A stretch of DNA of 64,000 nucleotides from Gammaproteobacteria bacterium (GCA_026989495.1 JALSJE010000048.1:1198-65197); one strand, 5' to 3'. Positions 39,892-51,981 are shown, numbered from the stretch's first letter. Notes: generated by a model from the letters alone, not told the origin. A program made the numbers and translations.

Positions 39892-41447
39892 CCGCCCTCG
39901 CTTCCCTCGTGGCGGCGCGCCTCGGCGGACCCGCTCCGGCGTGCGCCCGCGCGCGCCAGGGCCTCGGCCACCGCCGCCTTGCGGGCGGCGGCGTCGGTGG
40001 CGCGCTCGCGGCGCGCACGCTGGCGCGCCTCGCGCTCGGCCCGCTCGCGCTCGAGCCGTGCCAGCCTGGCCTCGTGGCGGCGCCTGGCCCGGGCGGCCTT
40101 CTCGCGCTCGCGCTCCAGGGCCCAGATCTCGGACTTGGCGTAGCGGTAGTAGTCCACCAGCGGGATCCGGCTGGGACAGACGGCGGCGCAGCAGCCGCAC
40201 TCGATGCAGTCGAAGAGCCTGTAGTCCTGGACGCGGTCGAAGTCCTTGGCGCGCGCGTACCAGTAGAGCTGCTGCGGCAGGAGGCGGGCGGGACAGGCCT
40301 CGACGCAGGCGCCGCAGCGGATGCACGGAAGCGGGTCGCGTGCGGGCTCCACCTCGCCGCGGCCGGCCACCAGCAGGCAGTTGACGGTCTTGGTCACCGG
40401 CACTTCGTCGTGGGCGACGGCGAAGCCCATCATGGGGCCGCCCACGATCAGGCGCACGGCCTCGTCGGTGTAGCCGCCGGCCTGGTCGATCACATCGGCG
40501 AAGGGGGTGCCTACCAGCACCTCCAGGTTGCGTGGCTCGGCCACGCCGGCGCCGGTGACGGTGACGATGCGCGAGATGAGGGGCTCCAGCTCGGTGACGG
40601 CGCGCAGCACCGCGGCCGCGGTGGCGGCGTTCTGGCACACCACGCCGATGTCGGCGGGTAGCCCCTCGCTGGGGACCTCCAGCCCCGTGAGGAGGTGGAT
40701 GAGCTGGCGCTCGCCCCCGCTCGGGTAGCGTGCGGGCACGCTCACCACCCGGATGTCATCGGCGCCCGCGGCGCGTACGGCCTCGGACAGGGCCTCGCGC
40801 GCCTCGGGCTTGTCGGATTCGATGCCGATCAGGATGCGCCGCGCCCCCAGGATGCGCTGCATCACCTGCGCGCCCGCGACCACGGCCGGAGCGTGCTCGC
40901 GCATGAGCATGTCGTCGCAGGTGATGTAGGGCTCGCACTCGGCCCCGTTGATCACGAGGGTGTGGATGGCGCGGCCGGCGCCCGGATTGAGCTTGACGTG
41001 GGTGGGAAAGCCCGCCCCGCCCATGCCCACGATGCCGGCCTCGCGCACCCGCTCGCGCAGCGCCTCGGGGCCGAGCGTGCGCCAGTCCGGGCGTTGGTCC
41101 TCGCGCCAGCGCCAGCGCTCCTCGCCGTCGGTCTCGATCACGATGCAGGGCGCCGCCAGGCCCGAGGGATGGGGCACGGGCCGCGCCTCGATGGCGGCCA
41201 CGGTGCCGGAGCTCGGCGCGTGCACGGCGGCGCTCACGTAGCCGCGCGGACGCGCGATGGGCTGGCCCTTGAGCACGCGTTCGCCCACCTGGACCACGGG
41301 CTCGGCCGGCGCGCCGATGTGCTGCTGCAGGGGCACCACCAGGCGCTCGGGCAGGCGCGCCGGCACCACGGGATGGCGGGTGGAGATGCGCTTGTGGCCC
41401 TCCAGCACGAGCCCGCCATGGAAAGGGTGGACGGCGGGCACGCTCAC
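39888..41447 (-). CDS. rnfC: electron transport complex subunit RnfC/RsxC
   Basis: Collinear with E. coli RsxC ([18 protein letters not shown], two 4Fe-4S ferredoxin motifs [24 protein letters not shown]). GTG start with GGAGAA RBS in a GTGA overlap with the rnfB stop. Arg/Ala-rich C-terminal tail. Confidence 0.85.
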   Translation of the reverse strand: MSVPAVHPFHGGLVLEGHKRISTRHPVVPARLPERLVVPLQQHIGAPAEPVVQVGERVLKGQPIARPRGYVSAAVHAPSSGTVAAIEARPVPHPSGLAAPCIVIETDGEERWRWREDQRPDWRTLGPEALRERVREAGIVGMGGAGFPTHVKLNPGAGRAIHTLVINGAECEPYITCDDMLMREHAPAVVAGAQVMQRILGARRILIGIESDKPEAREALSEAVRAAGADDIRVVSVPARYPSGGERQLIHLLTGLEVPSEGLPADIGVVCQNAATAAAVLRAVTELEPLISRIVTVTGAGVAEPRNLEVLVGTPFADVIDQAGGYTDEAVRLIVGGPMMGFAVAHDEVPVTKTVNCLLVAGRGEVEPARDPLPCIRCGACVEACPARLLPQQLYWYARAKDFDRVQDYRLFDCIECGCCAAVCPSRIPLVDYYRYAKSEIWALEREREKAARARRRHEARLARLERERAEREARQRARRERATDAAARKAAVAEALARAGARRSGSAEARRHEGSEGG

Positions 41448-41995
41448 GCCAGGTTCTCCGTACGCGCCTCGGGGTAGGGCCAGCGCCAGTTGTCCAGGTC
41501 CACCGGCACCGGCTCCATGTGGATGCAGTCCACGGGGCAGGGCGGGATGCACAGCTCGCAGCCCGTGCACTCGGCGGCGATGATGGTGTGCATCTGCTTG
41601 GCCGCGCCCACGATGGCGTCCACCGGACAGGCCTGGATGCACTTGGTGCAGCCGATGCAGAGCCGCTCGTCGATCACCGCCACGCTCGGGGGCTTCTCGG
41701 CCCCGCGCTCCGGGTCCAGCGGCTTGGGATCGCGCCCGAGGAGGTCGGCCAGCGCCCGGATGGTGTGCTCTCCTCCGGGCGGGCAGCGGTTGATGTCGGC
41801 CTCGCCGCGCGCGATGGCCTCGGCGTAGGGGCGGCAGCCGGCGAAGCCGCACTGGCCGCACTGGGTCTGCGGCAGCAGCGACTCGATCTGGTCCACGATG
41901 GGGTCGCTCTCGACCCGGAAGCGCACCGCGGCGTAGCCGAGCAGCGCCCCCGAGACGGCGGCGACGGCCCCCAGCGCCACCACGGCCGCGATCAT
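41444..41995 (-). CDS. rnfB: electron transport complex subunit RnfB/RsxB
   Basis: 183 aa. N-terminal [11 protein letters not shown] cluster motif and two ferredoxin-type CxxCxxCxxxCP motifs. Confidence 0.9.
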   Translation of the reverse strand: MIAAVVALGAVAAVSGALLGYAAVRFRVESDPIVDQIESLLPQTQCGQCGFAGCRPYAEAIARGEADINRCPPGGEHTIRALADLLGRDPKPLDPERGAEKPPSVAVIDERLCIGCTKCIQACPVDAIVGAAKQMHTIIAAECTGCELCIPPCPVDCIHMEPVPVDLDNWRWPYPEARTENLA

Positions 41996-42573
41996 CCCCG
42001 CACCATCCCGGCGAAGCCCATGAAGGCGAGCGACATGAGGCCGGCGGTCACGAGCGCGATGGCCGCCCCCTGGAAGGGCACGGGCACGTCGGCCGCCGCG
42101 AGCCGCTCGCGCACGGCGGCGAACAGCGCCAGCACCAGCGAGAAGCCCACCGCCGCCCCGAAGCCGTAGAGGGCGGACTCGACCAGCCCGTGCTCGGTCT
42201 GGGCGTTGAGCAGGGCCACGCCCAGGACCGCGCAGTTGGTGGTGATGAGCGGCAGGAAGATGCCGAGCACGTTGTAGAGCAGGGGGCTGGTCTTGTGCAC
42301 GATCACCTCGGTGAGCTGCACCACCACCGCGATGACCAGGATGAAGGCGATGGTGCGCAGATATTCCAGCCCCAGGGGCTCGAGGAGGTATTCGCTCACC
42401 AGGTAGCTGCACACCGAGGACAGCGTCAGCACGAAGGTGGTGGCGAGCCCCATGCCGGTGGCGGTCTCGACCTTGCGGCTCACCCCCATGAAGGGGCACA
42501 GGCCGAGGAACTTCACCAGCACGAAGTTGTTGACGAGGACCGTGCTGACCAGGATGAGAAGGTATTCGCTCAT
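41992..42573 (-). CDS. rnfA: electron transport complex subunit RnfA/RsxA
   Basis: 193 aa, six-TM NqrE/RnfA family. Confidence 0.9.
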   Translation of the reverse strand: MSEYLLILVSTVLVNNFVLVKFLGLCPFMGVSRKVETATGMGLATTFVLTLSSVCSYLVSEYLLEPLGLEYLRTIAFILVIAVVVQLTEVIVHKTSPLLYNVLGIFLPLITTNCAVLGVALLNAQTEHGLVESALYGFGAAVGFSLVLALFAAVRERLAAADVPVPFQGAAIALVTAGLMSLAFMGFAGMVRG

Positions 42574-42669
42574 ACGCCGGCCACGGCGGGATGGGCTCCG
42601 AATGTTAGGTGCCGGCCGCCGGCCCCCGCAACATGCCCGCGGGTGGGGGATTGCGGCGCCCGGGGCGGC

Positions 42670-44700
42670 TCACTTCACCCGCATGCCCGGCTGGGCGCCC
42701 TCGTCGGGCGCGAGCAGCCACAGCTCGCGCCCGCCGGGGCCGGCGGCGAGCACCATGCCCTCCGAGACCCCGAAGCGCATCCGGCGCGGCTTGAGGTTGG
42801 CCACCATCACGGTCAGCCTTCCGGCGAGCGCCTCGGGATCGTAGGCCCGGCGGATGCCGGCGAGCACCGTGCGGCGCTCGCCGCCCAGGTCCAGCACCAG
42901 GCGCAGGAGCTTGTCCGCACCCTCGACCGCCTCTGCCGCGACGATGCGGGCCACCCGAAGGTCCACCTTCATGAAGTCCTCGTAGGTGATCTCCGGGGCG
43001 ACGGGCTCGTCGCCCGGTGCGGGGGCAGGGGCGGCGGCCTCGCCGGCCTCGGCCAGGTCGGCGCGCGCGTCGGCGAGCATGGCCTCCACCGCCTTGGGGT
43101 CCACCCGCGTCAGCAGGGGCTGGTACGCCGCCACAGTATGATCGAGCAGCGGCTCACCGATATTGACCCACGTCAAGGGGGGGCATCGCAGGAAGGCCTC
43201 CGTCTCGGCGGCCACACGCGGCAGCACCGGCTTGAGGTAGCCCATGATGACACGGAACAGGTTGAGCCCCTGGGTGCACACGGCCTGCACCTCGGCCTCA
43301 CGGCCGGCCTCCTTGGCCAGGAACCAGGGCTTGCGCTCGTCGATGTAGCGGTTGGCCTCGTCGGCGAGCGCCATGATCTCGCGCACGGCGCGCGCGTACT
43401 CGCGCCCTTCGTAGGCCTCGGCGATGGTCTCGCCCGCGGCGACGAAGCGCTCATGCAGCGCGGGGCGCTCCAGGCTCGTCGCCAGCCGGCCCTCGAAGCG
43501 CCTGGTGATGAAGCCTGCGCAGCGGGCGGCGATGTTGACCACCTTGCCCACCAGGTCGCTGTTGACGCGCTGGACGAAGTCCTCGAGGTTGAGGTCGAGG
43601 TCGTCCACGCTCGGGCCGAGCTTTGCCGCGAAGTAGTAGCGCAGCCACTCGGGGTCGAGGTGGTCCAGGTAGGTGCGCGCGCGGATGAAGGTGCCGCGCG
43701 ACTTGGACATCTTCTGGCCGTTGACGGTGAGGAAGCCGTGCGCCCACACCGCGCTCGGGGTGCGGAAGCCCGCCCCGTGCAGCATGGCCGGCCAGAAGAG
43801 GGCGTGGAAGTAGATGATGTCCTTGCCGATGAAGTGGTAGAGCTCGGCCGCGCTGTCCGGGCCCCACCAGTCGTCGAAGTCGAGCCCCGTGCGCGCGCAC
43901 AGGTTCTTGAAGCTCGCCATGTAGCCCACGGGCGCGTCCATCCACACGTAGAAGTACTTGCCCGGGGCGTTGGGGATCTCGAAGCCGAAATAGGGCGCAT
44001 CGCGCGAGATGTCCCACTCCTTGAGCCCGGCGGCGAACCACTCGTCGAGCTTGTTGGCGACCTCGGGCTGCAGGTGCCCGGCGCGCGTCCACGCGCGCAG
44101 CATGGGCTCGAAGTCGCCGAGCTTGAAGAAATAGTGCAGCGACTCCTTCTCCACCGGGCGCGCGCCCGAGACCACCGAGCGCGGGTTGCGCAGCTCCGCC
44201 GGCGAGTAGGTGGCCCCGCACGCCTCGCAGGCGTCGCCGTACTGGTCGGGGGCGCCGCAGCGCGGGCATTCGCCGCGGATGTAGCGGTCCGGCAGGAACA
44301 TGCCCTTCTCGGGGTCCCAGGCCTGGCGGATGACGCGCGTGGTGATGTGGCCGGCGGCCTTGAGGCGCTCGTAGATGAGGGTGGCGAGCTCGCGGTTCTC
44401 GGGCGAGTGGGTGGAGTGGTAGTTGTCGAAGCCGATGCGGAAGCCGGCGAAATCGCGCCGGTGCTCCTCGCCCACCCGCTCGATCAGCGCCTCGGGGCTG
44501 ATCCCCTCCTGCTCGGCGCGCAGCATGATGGGGGTGCCGTGGGCGTCGTCGGCGCACACGTAGTAGCACTCGTGGCCGCGCAGGCGCTGGAAGCGCGCCC
44601 AGATGTCGGTCTGGATGTACTCCACCAGATGCCCCAGATGGATGGGCCCGTTGGCGTAGGGCAGGGCGCTGGTGACGAGGATCCTGCGCGTCGTGCTCAT
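42670..44700 (-). CDS. metG: methionine--tRNA ligase
   Basis: HLGH (class I HIGH), KMSKS, zinc knuckle CPRCG...CEACG, C-terminal EMAP/tRNA-binding domain. 676 aa. Confidence 0.95.
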   Translation of the reverse strand: MSTTRRILVTSALPYANGPIHLGHLVEYIQTDIWARFQRLRGHECYYVCADDAHGTPIMLRAEQEGISPEALIERVGEEHRRDFAGFRIGFDNYHSTHSPENRELATLIYERLKAAGHITTRVIRQAWDPEKGMFLPDRYIRGECPRCGAPDQYGDACEACGATYSPAELRNPRSVVSGARPVEKESLHYFFKLGDFEPMLRAWTRAGHLQPEVANKLDEWFAAGLKEWDISRDAPYFGFEIPNAPGKYFYVWMDAPVGYMASFKNLCARTGLDFDDWWGPDSAAELYHFIGKDIIYFHALFWPAMLHGAGFRTPSAVWAHGFLTVNGQKMSKSRGTFIRARTYLDHLDPEWLRYYFAAKLGPSVDDLDLNLEDFVQRVNSDLVGKVVNIAARCAGFITRRFEGRLATSLERPALHERFVAAGETIAEAYEGREYARAVREIMALADEANRYIDERKPWFLAKEAGREAEVQAVCTQGLNLFRVIMGYLKPVLPRVAAETEAFLRCPPLTWVNIGEPLLDHTVAAYQPLLTRVDPKAVEAMLADARADLAEAGEAAAPAPAPGDEPVAPEITYEDFMKVDLRVARIVAAEAVEGADKLLRLVLDLGGERRTVLAGIRRAYDPEALAGRLTVMVANLKPRRMRFGVSEGMVLAAGPGGRELWLLAPDEGAQPGMRVK

Positions 44701-44947
44701 GGGTCTCCGGTCCGCGGCGCGCGGCCGCCGCTGCCCCCGTCATGCCCATCACGGGGGCATGGAAATGGTCGCGGGAAGGGGCGGCCGCCTCAACGGGGCC
44801 AACAGGTTAGCAGGTGGCGCGTGGTGCCGCCAGCACGCCGCGCGCGGCCGCGGGGATGGTGTAGAATGGGCGCCCATCCCGAACGGATCATCCCTGGCAG
44901 GCAGACAGCGATTTCGGCCCCCGGCGCGGGGGCGGGAGAGGAACGAC

Positions 44948-46039
44948 ATGGCCGAGGTTTCCCAGCTGCAGGTGGAGACGGCGATCAAGGAATACGTGGA
45001 TCCCTACCTGGAGAAGGATCTGGTCTCCACGAAGGCGGTGCGCGACATCCGCATCGAGGACGGGCGCGTGATGGTGGACGTGGTCCTGGGCTATCCCGCC
45101 AAGGGCCACGCCGAGACGCTGGCGCAGGCCCTGCGCGAGCGCATCCGGCGCATCGAGGGGGTCGAGGACGTGGAGGTGAACGTCTCCTGGAAGATCGCCT
45201 CCCACGCGGTCCAGCGCAACCTCAAGCCCCTCAAGAACGTCAGGAACATCATCGCCGTGGCCTCCGGCAAGGGCGGCGTCGGCAAGTCCACGGTGGCCGT
45301 CAACCTGGCGCTCGCGCTCTCGGCCGAGGGGGCCAACGTGGGCATCCTCGACGCCGACATCTACGGACCGAGCCAGCCGCGCATGCTCGGCATCCAGGGC
45401 AAGCCCGAGTCCAAGGACGGGCGCTCGCTCGAGCCCATGGTGAGCTACCACCTGCAGGCCATGTCCATCGGCTTCCTCATCGACGAGGAGACGCCCATGA
45501 TCTGGCGCGGGCCGATGGTGACCCAGGCGCTGCAGCAGCTCCTCAACGAGACCAACTGGAAGGACCTGGACTACCTCGTCATCGACCTGCCGCCGGGCAC
45601 GGGCGACACGCAGCTCACGCTCGCCCAGCAGGTGCCGGTGAGCGGTGCCATCATCGTCACCACGCCCCAGGACATCGCGCTGCTGGACGCGCGCAAGGGC
45701 CTCAAGATGTTCCAGAAGGTCGAGGTCCCGGTGCTGGGCGTGGTCGAGAACATGAGCATCCACATCTGCTCCAAGTGCGGGCACGAGGAGCACATCTTCG
45801 GTGAGGGTGGAGGCCGGCGGCTGGCCGAGCAGTACGGGGTGGAGCTGCTCGGGGCGCTGCCGCTCGATGCCTCCATCCGCGAGAGCACCGACGGCGGCAA
45901 GCCCACCGTGGTGGCCGACCCCGAGGGCCGCATCGCGCAGATGTACCGCGAGATCGCGCGCCGGGCCGCGGCCAAGCTCTCACTGCAGGCCAAGGACTAC
46001 AGCGCCCGCTTCCCGCAGATCATGATCCAGAACACCTGA
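44948..46039 (+). CDS. apbC: iron-sulfur cluster carrier protein ApbC/Mrp (P-loop NTPase)
   Basis: N-terminal DUF59/MIP18-like domain, Walker A SGKGGVGKST, CxxC (CSKCGHEE). Divergent from metG as in E. coli. Confidence 0.9.
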   Translation: MAEVSQLQVETAIKEYVDPYLEKDLVSTKAVRDIRIEDGRVMVDVVLGYPAKGHAETLAQALRERIRRIEGVEDVEVNVSWKIASHAVQRNLKPLKNVRNIIAVASGKGGVGKSTVAVNLALALSAEGANVGILDADIYGPSQPRMLGIQGKPESKDGRSLEPMVSYHLQAMSIGFLIDEETPMIWRGPMVTQALQQLLNETNWKDLDYLVIDLPPGTGDTQLTLAQQVPVSGAIIVTTPQDIALLDARKGLKMFQKVEVPVLGVVENMSIHICSKCGHEEHIFGEGGGRRLAEQYGVELLGALPLDASIRESTDGGKPTVVADPEGRIAQMYREIARRAAAKLSLQAKDYSARFPQIMIQNT

Positions 46040-46261
46040 GCCCCGGCCCGGGGGCTCGCGCCGGCGGGCGGCGCAGTGGGCACGGGCGCGGAGCGCAGAC
46101 GCGGCCCATCGGCGCGCGCCCGCAGGCGGGGACGGGGAACCCCGCCCACGCGCTCGAACCCGCGGCACCGGGGCCGGGGCTGAGCCGGCGGACGGCGCCG
46201 GGCGCGCGCCTGCGCCCGGCCTTGTGCGGTCCCGGCCGCGCGCCTTAGACTCCCGCGCGTC

Positions 46262-46831
46262 ATGCCCATCAAGTCCGACCGCTGGATCCGCCGCATGGCG
46301 GAGGAGCATGGGATGATCGAGCCCTTCGAGCCCCGCCAGATCCGGCGGACCGATGAGGGCACGCGGGTCATTTCCTACGGCACCTCGAGCTACGGCTACG
46401 ACATCCGCTGCGCCGACGAGTTCAAGATCTTCACCAACGTCCACTCGGCCATCGTCGACCCCAAGAGCTTCGACGAGGCGAGCTTCGTGGACGTCAAGTC
46501 CGACGTCTGCATCATCCCGCCCAACTCCTTCGCGCTGGCGCGCACGGTGGAGTACTTCCGTATCCCGCGCAACGTGCTCGTGATCTGCCTCGGCAAGAGC
46601 ACCTATGCGCGCTGCGGCATCATCGTCAACGTCACGCCGCTGGAGCCGGAGTGGGAGGGGCACGTGACGCTGGAGTTCTCCAACACCACCCCGCTGCCGG
46701 CCAAGATCTACGCCAACGAGGGCGTGGCGCAGGTGGTGTTCCTGGAGGCGGACGAGCCCTGCGAGGTCTCCTACAAGGACCGCGGGGGCAAGTACCAGGG
46801 CCAGCGCGGCGTCACGCTGCCCAAGGCCTAG
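46262..46831 (+). CDS. dcd: dCTP deaminase
   Basis: 189 aa. dUTPase-fold dCTP deaminase. Confidence 0.9.
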   Translation: MPIKSDRWIRRMAEEHGMIEPFEPRQIRRTDEGTRVISYGTSSYGYDIRCADEFKIFTNVHSAIVDPKSFDEASFVDVKSDVCIIPPNSFALARTVEYFRIPRNVLVICLGKSTYARCGIIVNVTPLEPEWEGHVTLEFSNTTPLPAKIYANEGVAQVVFLEADEPCEVSYKDRGGKYQGQRGVTLPKA

Positions 46832-46837
46832 CCCGCG

Positions 46838-47617
46838 TCACCGCCCGCCGTCCCGGGTGAGCCGCATGCCGGCCTCGTCGGGAGGGCTGCGGCGGAAGTC
46901 CACCAGGCGCATGCGCACGGTGCCGCCCTCGCCGCCCGGGCGGGTGCCGGCCACGGCGAGGTAGCCCAGGGCCGGGGCGAGCCAGAAGTCGAGCGGGGGC
47001 TTGCCCTTGCGGCGCAGGCGCCGGACCTTGACGGTCTCGAAGCGCCCTGCGGGCGTCTCCACCGTCTCGCTTCCGAGCACCTCGAAGCGGTAGCGCTTGA
47101 GCTTGCCCCCGTCGGCCACCGGGTAGGCCAGGGTGCCGGCGCGGCCGGCGGCGAGGTCCAGCCTCAGGGCGAGCTGCACCAGCAGGCGGTCGAGCGTGCC
47201 CGCGGGCACGTCCATCTCCCAGGGGCGGCCGGCGACCTCGTTGCGCACGAGCCCGCTCCCGTCGGGCCGCCACGAGAAGGCGAGCCGCACATGGCGCCGG
47301 CGCGAGCCGGTCTGGACGCGCTCGTAGCGCAGGGGCCGGATCCCGCCGCCCGGGAGGGCCTCGAGCAGGCTGCGCTCGGTGAGGGTGTCCTTGCGGAACA
47401 GGGCGAGCAGCCCCCGCGGGCGCGAGGCCATCCGGTAGAGGAGGCGTCCGCCGCCGGCGGGCTCCAGCGCGAGCCGCATCTCGCCCACCGGCAGGCCCGC
47501 GAGGCTGAGCTCGTAGCGCGCCTCGAAGGGCGGGGGGAGGGCGGCCGGCGCCGCGGCCGCCGCGCACAGCAGCGCGGCGGCGAGCAGGGGACGGAGGCAG
47601 CGTCCGCGTCCCCGCAC
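46838..47617 (-). CDS. DUF3108 domain exported protein
   Basis: Signal peptide (LRPLLAAALLCAAAAAPA). Inferred GTG start 2 nt after the purN stop with GGCGGAGG RBS. Conserved position downstream of purMN. Confidence 0.55.
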   Translation of the reverse strand: MRGRGRCLRPLLAAALLCAAAAAPAALPPPFEARYELSLAGLPVGEMRLALEPAGGGRLLYRMASRPRGLLALFRKDTLTERSLLEALPGGGIRPLRYERVQTGSRRRHVRLAFSWRPDGSGLVRNEVAGRPWEMDVPAGTLDRLLVQLALRLDLAAGRAGTLAYPVADGGKLKRYRFEVLGSETVETPAGRFETVKVRRLRRKGKPPLDFWLAPALGYLAVAGTRPGGEGGTVRMRLVDFRRSPPDEAGMRLTRDGGR

Positions 47618-47619
47618 CC

Positions 47620-48309
47620 TCAGGCCTCCGCCGCCTGCCCGGGCGCGTCCTCCTCGGGGCCCAGGCGCACGGGCGCCGCGAGCGGTCGCCCGTCCAGCCA
47701 CACCCGCCCGTCGCGCAGCGCGAGCCGGCCTTCCGCGAACCAGCGGATCGCCAGCGGGTAGATCACGTGCTCGCGCGCGAGCACGCGCGCGGCGAGCCGC
47801 TCCGGGGTGTCGCCGGGCAGCACCGGCACCATGGCCTGGACGATGACCGGCCCCCCATCGAGCTCGTCGGTGACGAAGTGCACGCTCGCGCCGTGCTCGT
47901 GCACGCCCGCCTCGAGGGCGCGCTCGTGGGTGCGCAGGCCCCGGAAGGCCGGCAGCAGGGAGGGATGGATGTTGAGCAGCCGGCCGCGGTAGTGGGCCAC
48001 GAAGGCCGGCGTGAGGATGCGCATGAAGCCGGCCAGCACCACCAGCTCCGGCGCGTAGCGGTCGATGCGTGCCATGAGGGCGCGGTCGAAGGCCTCCCGG
48101 TCCGGGTAGTCCCGGTGGTCCACCACCTCGGTGGGGATGCCCGCGCGCCGGGCGCGCTCGAGGCCTGCAGCCTCGGGGTTGTTGCTGACCACGGCCCGCA
48201 GCTCGATGGGGAGCGCACCGCTGCGGGCCTGGTCGATGATGGCCTGCAGGTTGGTGCCCCGCCCGGAGATGAGGGCGACCACGGGCAGGCGGCGCGGTGG
48301 GGCGCTCAT
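47620..48309 (-). CDS. purN: phosphoribosylglycinamide formyltransferase
   Basis: 229 aa. Formyltransferase motifs ([14 protein letters not shown], HxxD-type active site). Confidence 0.9.
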   Translation of the reverse strand: MSAPPRRLPVVALISGRGTNLQAIIDQARSGALPIELRAVVSNNPEAAGLERARRAGIPTEVVDHRDYPDREAFDRALMARIDRYAPELVVLAGFMRILTPAFVAHYRGRLLNIHPSLLPAFRGLRTHERALEAGVHEHGASVHFVTDELDGGPVIVQAMVPVLPGDTPERLAARVLAREHVIYPLAIRWFAEGRLALRDGRVWLDGRPLAAPVRLGPEEDAPGQAAEA

Positions 48310-49376
48310 GCCGGTCCGCCCCGGATCTCGATGCGCGGCGTCCCGGGCACGGCGGGCTCGAGCCGGCCGATCGCCCAGGCGGTCTCGCCCGCCTCGCGCG
48401 CGAGCGCCAGCGCGCGCTCGGCCTCCGCGGCAGGCACGACCACCACCATGCCCACGCCGCAGTTGAAGGTGCGATACATCTCCGCGCGCGCCACGGGCCC
48501 GTGCGCGCGCAGCCAGGCGAAGACCGGCGGCTCGGGCCAGGCGTCGGCGTCCACCACCGCGCGCACGCCCTCCGGCAGCACGCGCGGGAGGTTTTCCGGC
48601 AGGCCTCCGCCCGTGATGTGGGCGGCGGCCTTGAGCAGGCCTGCCCCGTGCAGGGCGAGCAGCGCCCGGACGTAGATGCGCGTGGGCGCGAGCAGGGCCT
48701 CGCCCAGCGGGGTGCCGTCGTCCAGGGCCTGCGCCAGGTCCGCGCCCGTATGCTCCAGGATGCGGCGGATGAGGGAATAGCCGTTCGAGTGGGGCCCGCT
48801 GGAGGCCAGCCCGACCAGCACGTCGCCCGGGGCGCAGCCGCGCCCGTCCACGAGGCGCTCACGCTCGACCACGCCCACGCAGAAGCCGGCGAGGTCGTAG
48901 TCGCCGGGCGCGTACATGCCCGGCATCTCGGCGGTCTCGCCTCCCAGCAGCGCGCAGCCCGCCTGCACGCATCCCTCGGCCACGCCCTCGACCACCTCCG
49001 CCGCCACGTCCACGTCCAGCCGCCCGGTGGCGTAGTAGTCGAGGAAAAAGAGCGGCTCGGCCCCCTGCACGGCCACGTCGTTGGCGCACATGGCCACGAG
49101 GTCGACGCCCACGCCGCGGTGGCGGCCGGCGGCGATGGCCAGCCTCAGCTTGGTGCCCACGCCGTCGGTGCCGGCCACCAGCACCGGCTCGCGCCAGCGC
49201 CCGGGCTCGAGGGCGAACAGGCCGCCGAAGCCGCCGATGCCGCCCACCACGCCCGGGCGCGCCGTGCGCGCGACGGCGGGGCGGATGCGCTCGACCAGGG
49301 CGTTGCCGGCCTCGATGTCGACGCCGGCTTCGCGATAGGTCAGGGGGGCGGGCCGCTCGCCCCGTCGCTGGCTCAC
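48306..49376 (-). CDS. purM: phosphoribosylformylglycinamidine cyclo-ligase (AIR synthetase)
   Basis: Collinear with E. coli PurM ([36 protein letters not shown]). purMN order conserved. Confidence 0.9.
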   Translation of the reverse strand: MSQRRGERPAPLTYREAGVDIEAGNALVERIRPAVARTARPGVVGGIGGFGGLFALEPGRWREPVLVAGTDGVGTKLRLAIAAGRHRGVGVDLVAMCANDVAVQGAEPLFFLDYYATGRLDVDVAAEVVEGVAEGCVQAGCALLGGETAEMPGMYAPGDYDLAGFCVGVVERERLVDGRGCAPGDVLVGLASSGPHSNGYSLIRRILEHTGADLAQALDDGTPLGEALLAPTRIYVRALLALHGAGLLKAAAHITGGGLPENLPRVLPEGVRAVVDADAWPEPPVFAWLRAHGPVARAEMYRTFNCGVGMVVVVPAAEAERALALAREAGETAWAIGRLEPAVPGTPRIEIRGGPA

Positions 49377-49506
49377 GGGCGATCCTCCGGTCGCTCTTGG
49401 AAGCTACATGGTAACGGCCGCGGGCGGGGCGCCGCCAACCGTGCCCCGGCGCCCGCGAACCGCGCCCCGTCGCCCGCGTTGCTGCCCGTGGTAAGGTAGG
49501 CGCCCC

Positions 49507-50622
49507 GTGAGAGCCCCGCGTGCATCGGCCCTGCTCCTGCTGCTCGCCGTGGCCGCGGCCGGCCTGGCGCCGGCCCATGCCGGCGACGGGGCCGTGGTGC
49601 GCGTCCCGGTGCCGGATGCCGGCGCCGATGCCCGTGACGCCGCCCTGCGCGCGGCGCTCGCGGCCCTGCTCGTGCGCCGCACCGGCGACCGCGCCGTAGC
49701 CGAGCGCCCGGAGGTGAGGGCCGTGCTGGAGCGGGCCGCAGGCCTGGTGCAGGCCTACCGCTACCTGCGCGTGCCCGCGCCCGAGGCCCCGCAAGGGGCC
49801 GCGGCGGAGGCGGAACCGCCGGCGGAGGCGGCGCTCGCGCTGGAAGTGCGCTTCGACGCCGAGGCGGTGGAGCGGCTGCTGGCCGAGCTGGGGCTCGCCG
49901 TGTGGCCGCAGCCGCCGCCGACCCTGCTCGCCTGGATCGTGATCGACGACGGCCGTGAGCGCAGCCTTCTCACCGACGAAGGGCCCGGGGCGCTGCGCGC
50001 GCTGGCCGCGGAGACGGCCGCCGCGCGCGGGGTGTCCCTGCTCCTGCCCCTGTGGGACGTGGAGGACCTGTCCCGGGTGGAGATCGCCGACCTGTGGGGC
50101 GGCTTCTGGGACCGCATCCTCGCGGCCTCGGCCCGCTACGCCACGGCGGCGGCGCTCCTCGGGCGCGTGCGGCCCGACCGACGCGGGCGCTGGCACGGGC
50201 GCTGGTCAGTGCGGCTCGCCGGGGCCGCGGCCCCCATGGGCTGGACGGTGGAGACCGCGACGCTGGCGGGGCAGATCGAGGCGGGCCTCGACGGTGCCCT
50301 CGACCTGATGGCGGCGCGGCTGGCGCGGCCGGCCGCCGCCCTGCCGGAGGACGTGGTGGCCGTGCGCGTCGAGGGCGTCGCGGACCTGGACGGCTACGCC
50401 CGCGCGCTCGCACGGCTCGAATCGCTGCCGGGGGTGACGGCCGTGCAGGTCACGGCTGTCGAGGGCGCGGCGCTCGCGCTCGCGGTGCGGGCGCGCGGCG
50501 GGCGCGCGCGCCTGCTCGAGGCCCTGCGCTCGGCACCGGGGCTCGAGCTCGCGGCCACCGGAAGGGGCGCGACCGGCCCGGACACGGCCGCCGGAGGGCT
50601 GCGCATCCGCCTGCGGCCATGA
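49507..50622 (+). CDS. DUF2066 domain periplasmic protein
   Basis: GTG start. Signal peptide (ALLLLLAVAAAGLAPAHAG). Located between purM and hda, the usual genomic context of DUF2066. Confidence 0.6.
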   Translation: MRAPRASALLLLLAVAAAGLAPAHAGDGAVVRVPVPDAGADARDAALRAALAALLVRRTGDRAVAERPEVRAVLERAAGLVQAYRYLRVPAPEAPQGAAAEAEPPAEAALALEVRFDAEAVERLLAELGLAVWPQPPPTLLAWIVIDDGRERSLLTDEGPGALRALAAETAAARGVSLLLPLWDVEDLSRVEIADLWGGFWDRILAASARYATAAALLGRVRPDRRGRWHGRWSVRLAGAAAPMGWTVETATLAGQIEAGLDGALDLMAARLARPAAALPEDVVAVRVEGVADLDGYARALARLESLPGVTAVQVTAVEGAALALAVRARGGRARLLEALRSAPGLELAATGRGATGPDTAAGGLRIRLRP

Positions 50623-51173
50623 GCCCCCAGGACATCCCCAACCTGCTCACGGCGCTGCGGGTGCTGCTGGTGCTGCCCGCCACCTGGCTGATGCTGGAGC
50701 ACCGCTACGGCGCCGCGCTGGTGGTGTTCGGCGTCGCCGGCCTCACCGACGCCCTGGACGGCTTCATCGCGCGCCGCTTCCGCTGGCAGAGCCGGCTGGG
50801 GGCGGTGCTCGACCCGCTCGCGGACAAGCTGCTCGCCGTGAGCGCCTACCTCGTGCTCGGCGCCCAGGGAGTGCTGCCCGCCTGGCTCGTGGCCCTGGTG
50901 CTCGCGCGCGATCTTGTCATCGTGGCCGGCAGCGTGGCCTACCACCTGCGGGTAGAGCGCTTCGACGCGAGCCCCAGCCTGCTCAGCAAGCTCAACACCT
51001 TCCTCCAGATCGTGCTGGTGCTCACGGCCATGGCCGCGCAGGTGCTCCCGGTGCCGTCGCCCGCGATGACGGCGCTGGTCTGGGTCGTGGCCGCGACCAC
51101 CCTCGGCAGCGGCCTCGACTACGTGTGGCGCTGGGGTCGGCGCGCGCGCCGGGTGCTGGGCGGGCGGGGGTGA
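50619..51173 (+). CDS. CDP-alcohol phosphatidyltransferase family protein
   Basis: DG-x2-AR-x8-G-x3-D-x3-D motif (DALDGFIARRF...LDPLADKL). ~184 aa, 4-5 TM. ATGA overlap with the upstream gene. Confidence 0.7.
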   Translation: MSPQDIPNLLTALRVLLVLPATWLMLEHRYGAALVVFGVAGLTDALDGFIARRFRWQSRLGAVLDPLADKLLAVSAYLVLGAQGVLPAWLVALVLARDLVIVAGSVAYHLRVERFDASPSLLSKLNTFLQIVLVLTAMAAQVLPVPSPAMTALVWVVAATTLGSGLDYVWRWGRRARRVLGGRG

Positions 51174-51178
51174 GCGCC

Positions 51179-51883
51179 ATGCTGCCCCCCCAGCTCCCCC
51201 TCGCCCTGCGGCTCGCGCCGGAAGCGGACTTCGCCACCTACTGGGAAGGCCCCAACGCGCAGCCGGTGGCGGCCCTGCGGCGCGCCGCCCGGGGGGAGGG
51301 CGAGCGGCTCGTCTACCTCCACGGGCCCCCGGGCAGCGGCAAGTCGCATCTGCTGCAGGCGGCCTGCCGCGCCGCAACGGAAGCGGGGCGCGGGGCGCTG
51401 TGGCTCCCGCTGGCGGAGCTGGCGGACGGGGGGCCGGCGGTCCTCGCCGGGCTGGAGACCGTCCCCCTGGTGTGCCTGGACGGGATGGAGGCGGTGGCCG
51501 GGCAGGCGGCCTGGGAACGCGCGCTGGTGGCGCTGGCCGCGGCCGCGGCAGCGCAGGGGGCGGGCGCCACGCTCGTGCTCGCCGCGCGCGCCGCGCCGGG
51601 CGCCCTGCCCGTGGCGCTGCCGGACCTGCGCTCGCGCCTGGGCTGGGGGCTGGTCCTGCGGCTGCGCCCGCTCGACGACGCCGGCCGCGCCGCGGCCCTG
51701 CGTCTGCGCGCCGCAGCGCGCGGCTTCGAGCTCCCGGAAGAGACCGCGGCCTACCTGCTGCGCCGCTGTCCCCGTGACCCGGCGAGCCTGTTCGCGCTCC
51801 TCGACCGCCTCGACCGCGCGAGCCTCGCCGCCCGGAGGCGCCTGACGATCCCCTTCGTGCGCGGCCTGCTGGAGCGGGCCTGA
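51179..51883 (+). CDS. hda: DnaA regulatory inactivator Hda
   Basis: AAA+ Walker A (HGPPGSGKSHLL), DnaA-domain-III-like. ~234 aa. Confidence 0.8.
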   Translation: MLPPQLPLALRLAPEADFATYWEGPNAQPVAALRRAARGEGERLVYLHGPPGSGKSHLLQAACRAATEAGRGALWLPLAELADGGPAVLAGLETVPLVCLDGMEAVAGQAAWERALVALAAAAAAQGAGATLVLAARAAPGALPVALPDLRSRLGWGLVLRLRPLDDAGRAAALRLRAAARGFELPEETAAYLLRRCPRDPASLFALLDRLDRASLAARRRLTIPFVRGLLERA

Positions 51884-51946
51884 GCGGCGCGGCGGGCCCG
51901 TCCGGCCCTGCGGGAGGATGGAGCCGGTTCCGGGGGCGCCCCGCCT

Positions 51947-51975
51947 TTGCGCCGGACCGCCCGGGCGGCTATAGT
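51947..51975 (+). promoter_or_regulatory. candidate sigma70 promoter for the leuA leader (TTGCGC-17nt-TATAGT)
   Basis: Read from the sequence. -35-like TTGCGC, 17-nt spacer, -10 TATAGT, 6 nt before the leader ATG. Confidence 0.35.
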
Positions 51976-51981
51976 TGGGCC

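Noticed and set aside
44701-44947. Checked metG-apbC intergenic region for a tRNA or other RNA gene
   Set aside because: No cloverleaf-compatible conserved tRNA features (GTTC-R-A, T-loop) were found. It contains only a TAGAAT -10-like hexamer consistent with divergent promoters.
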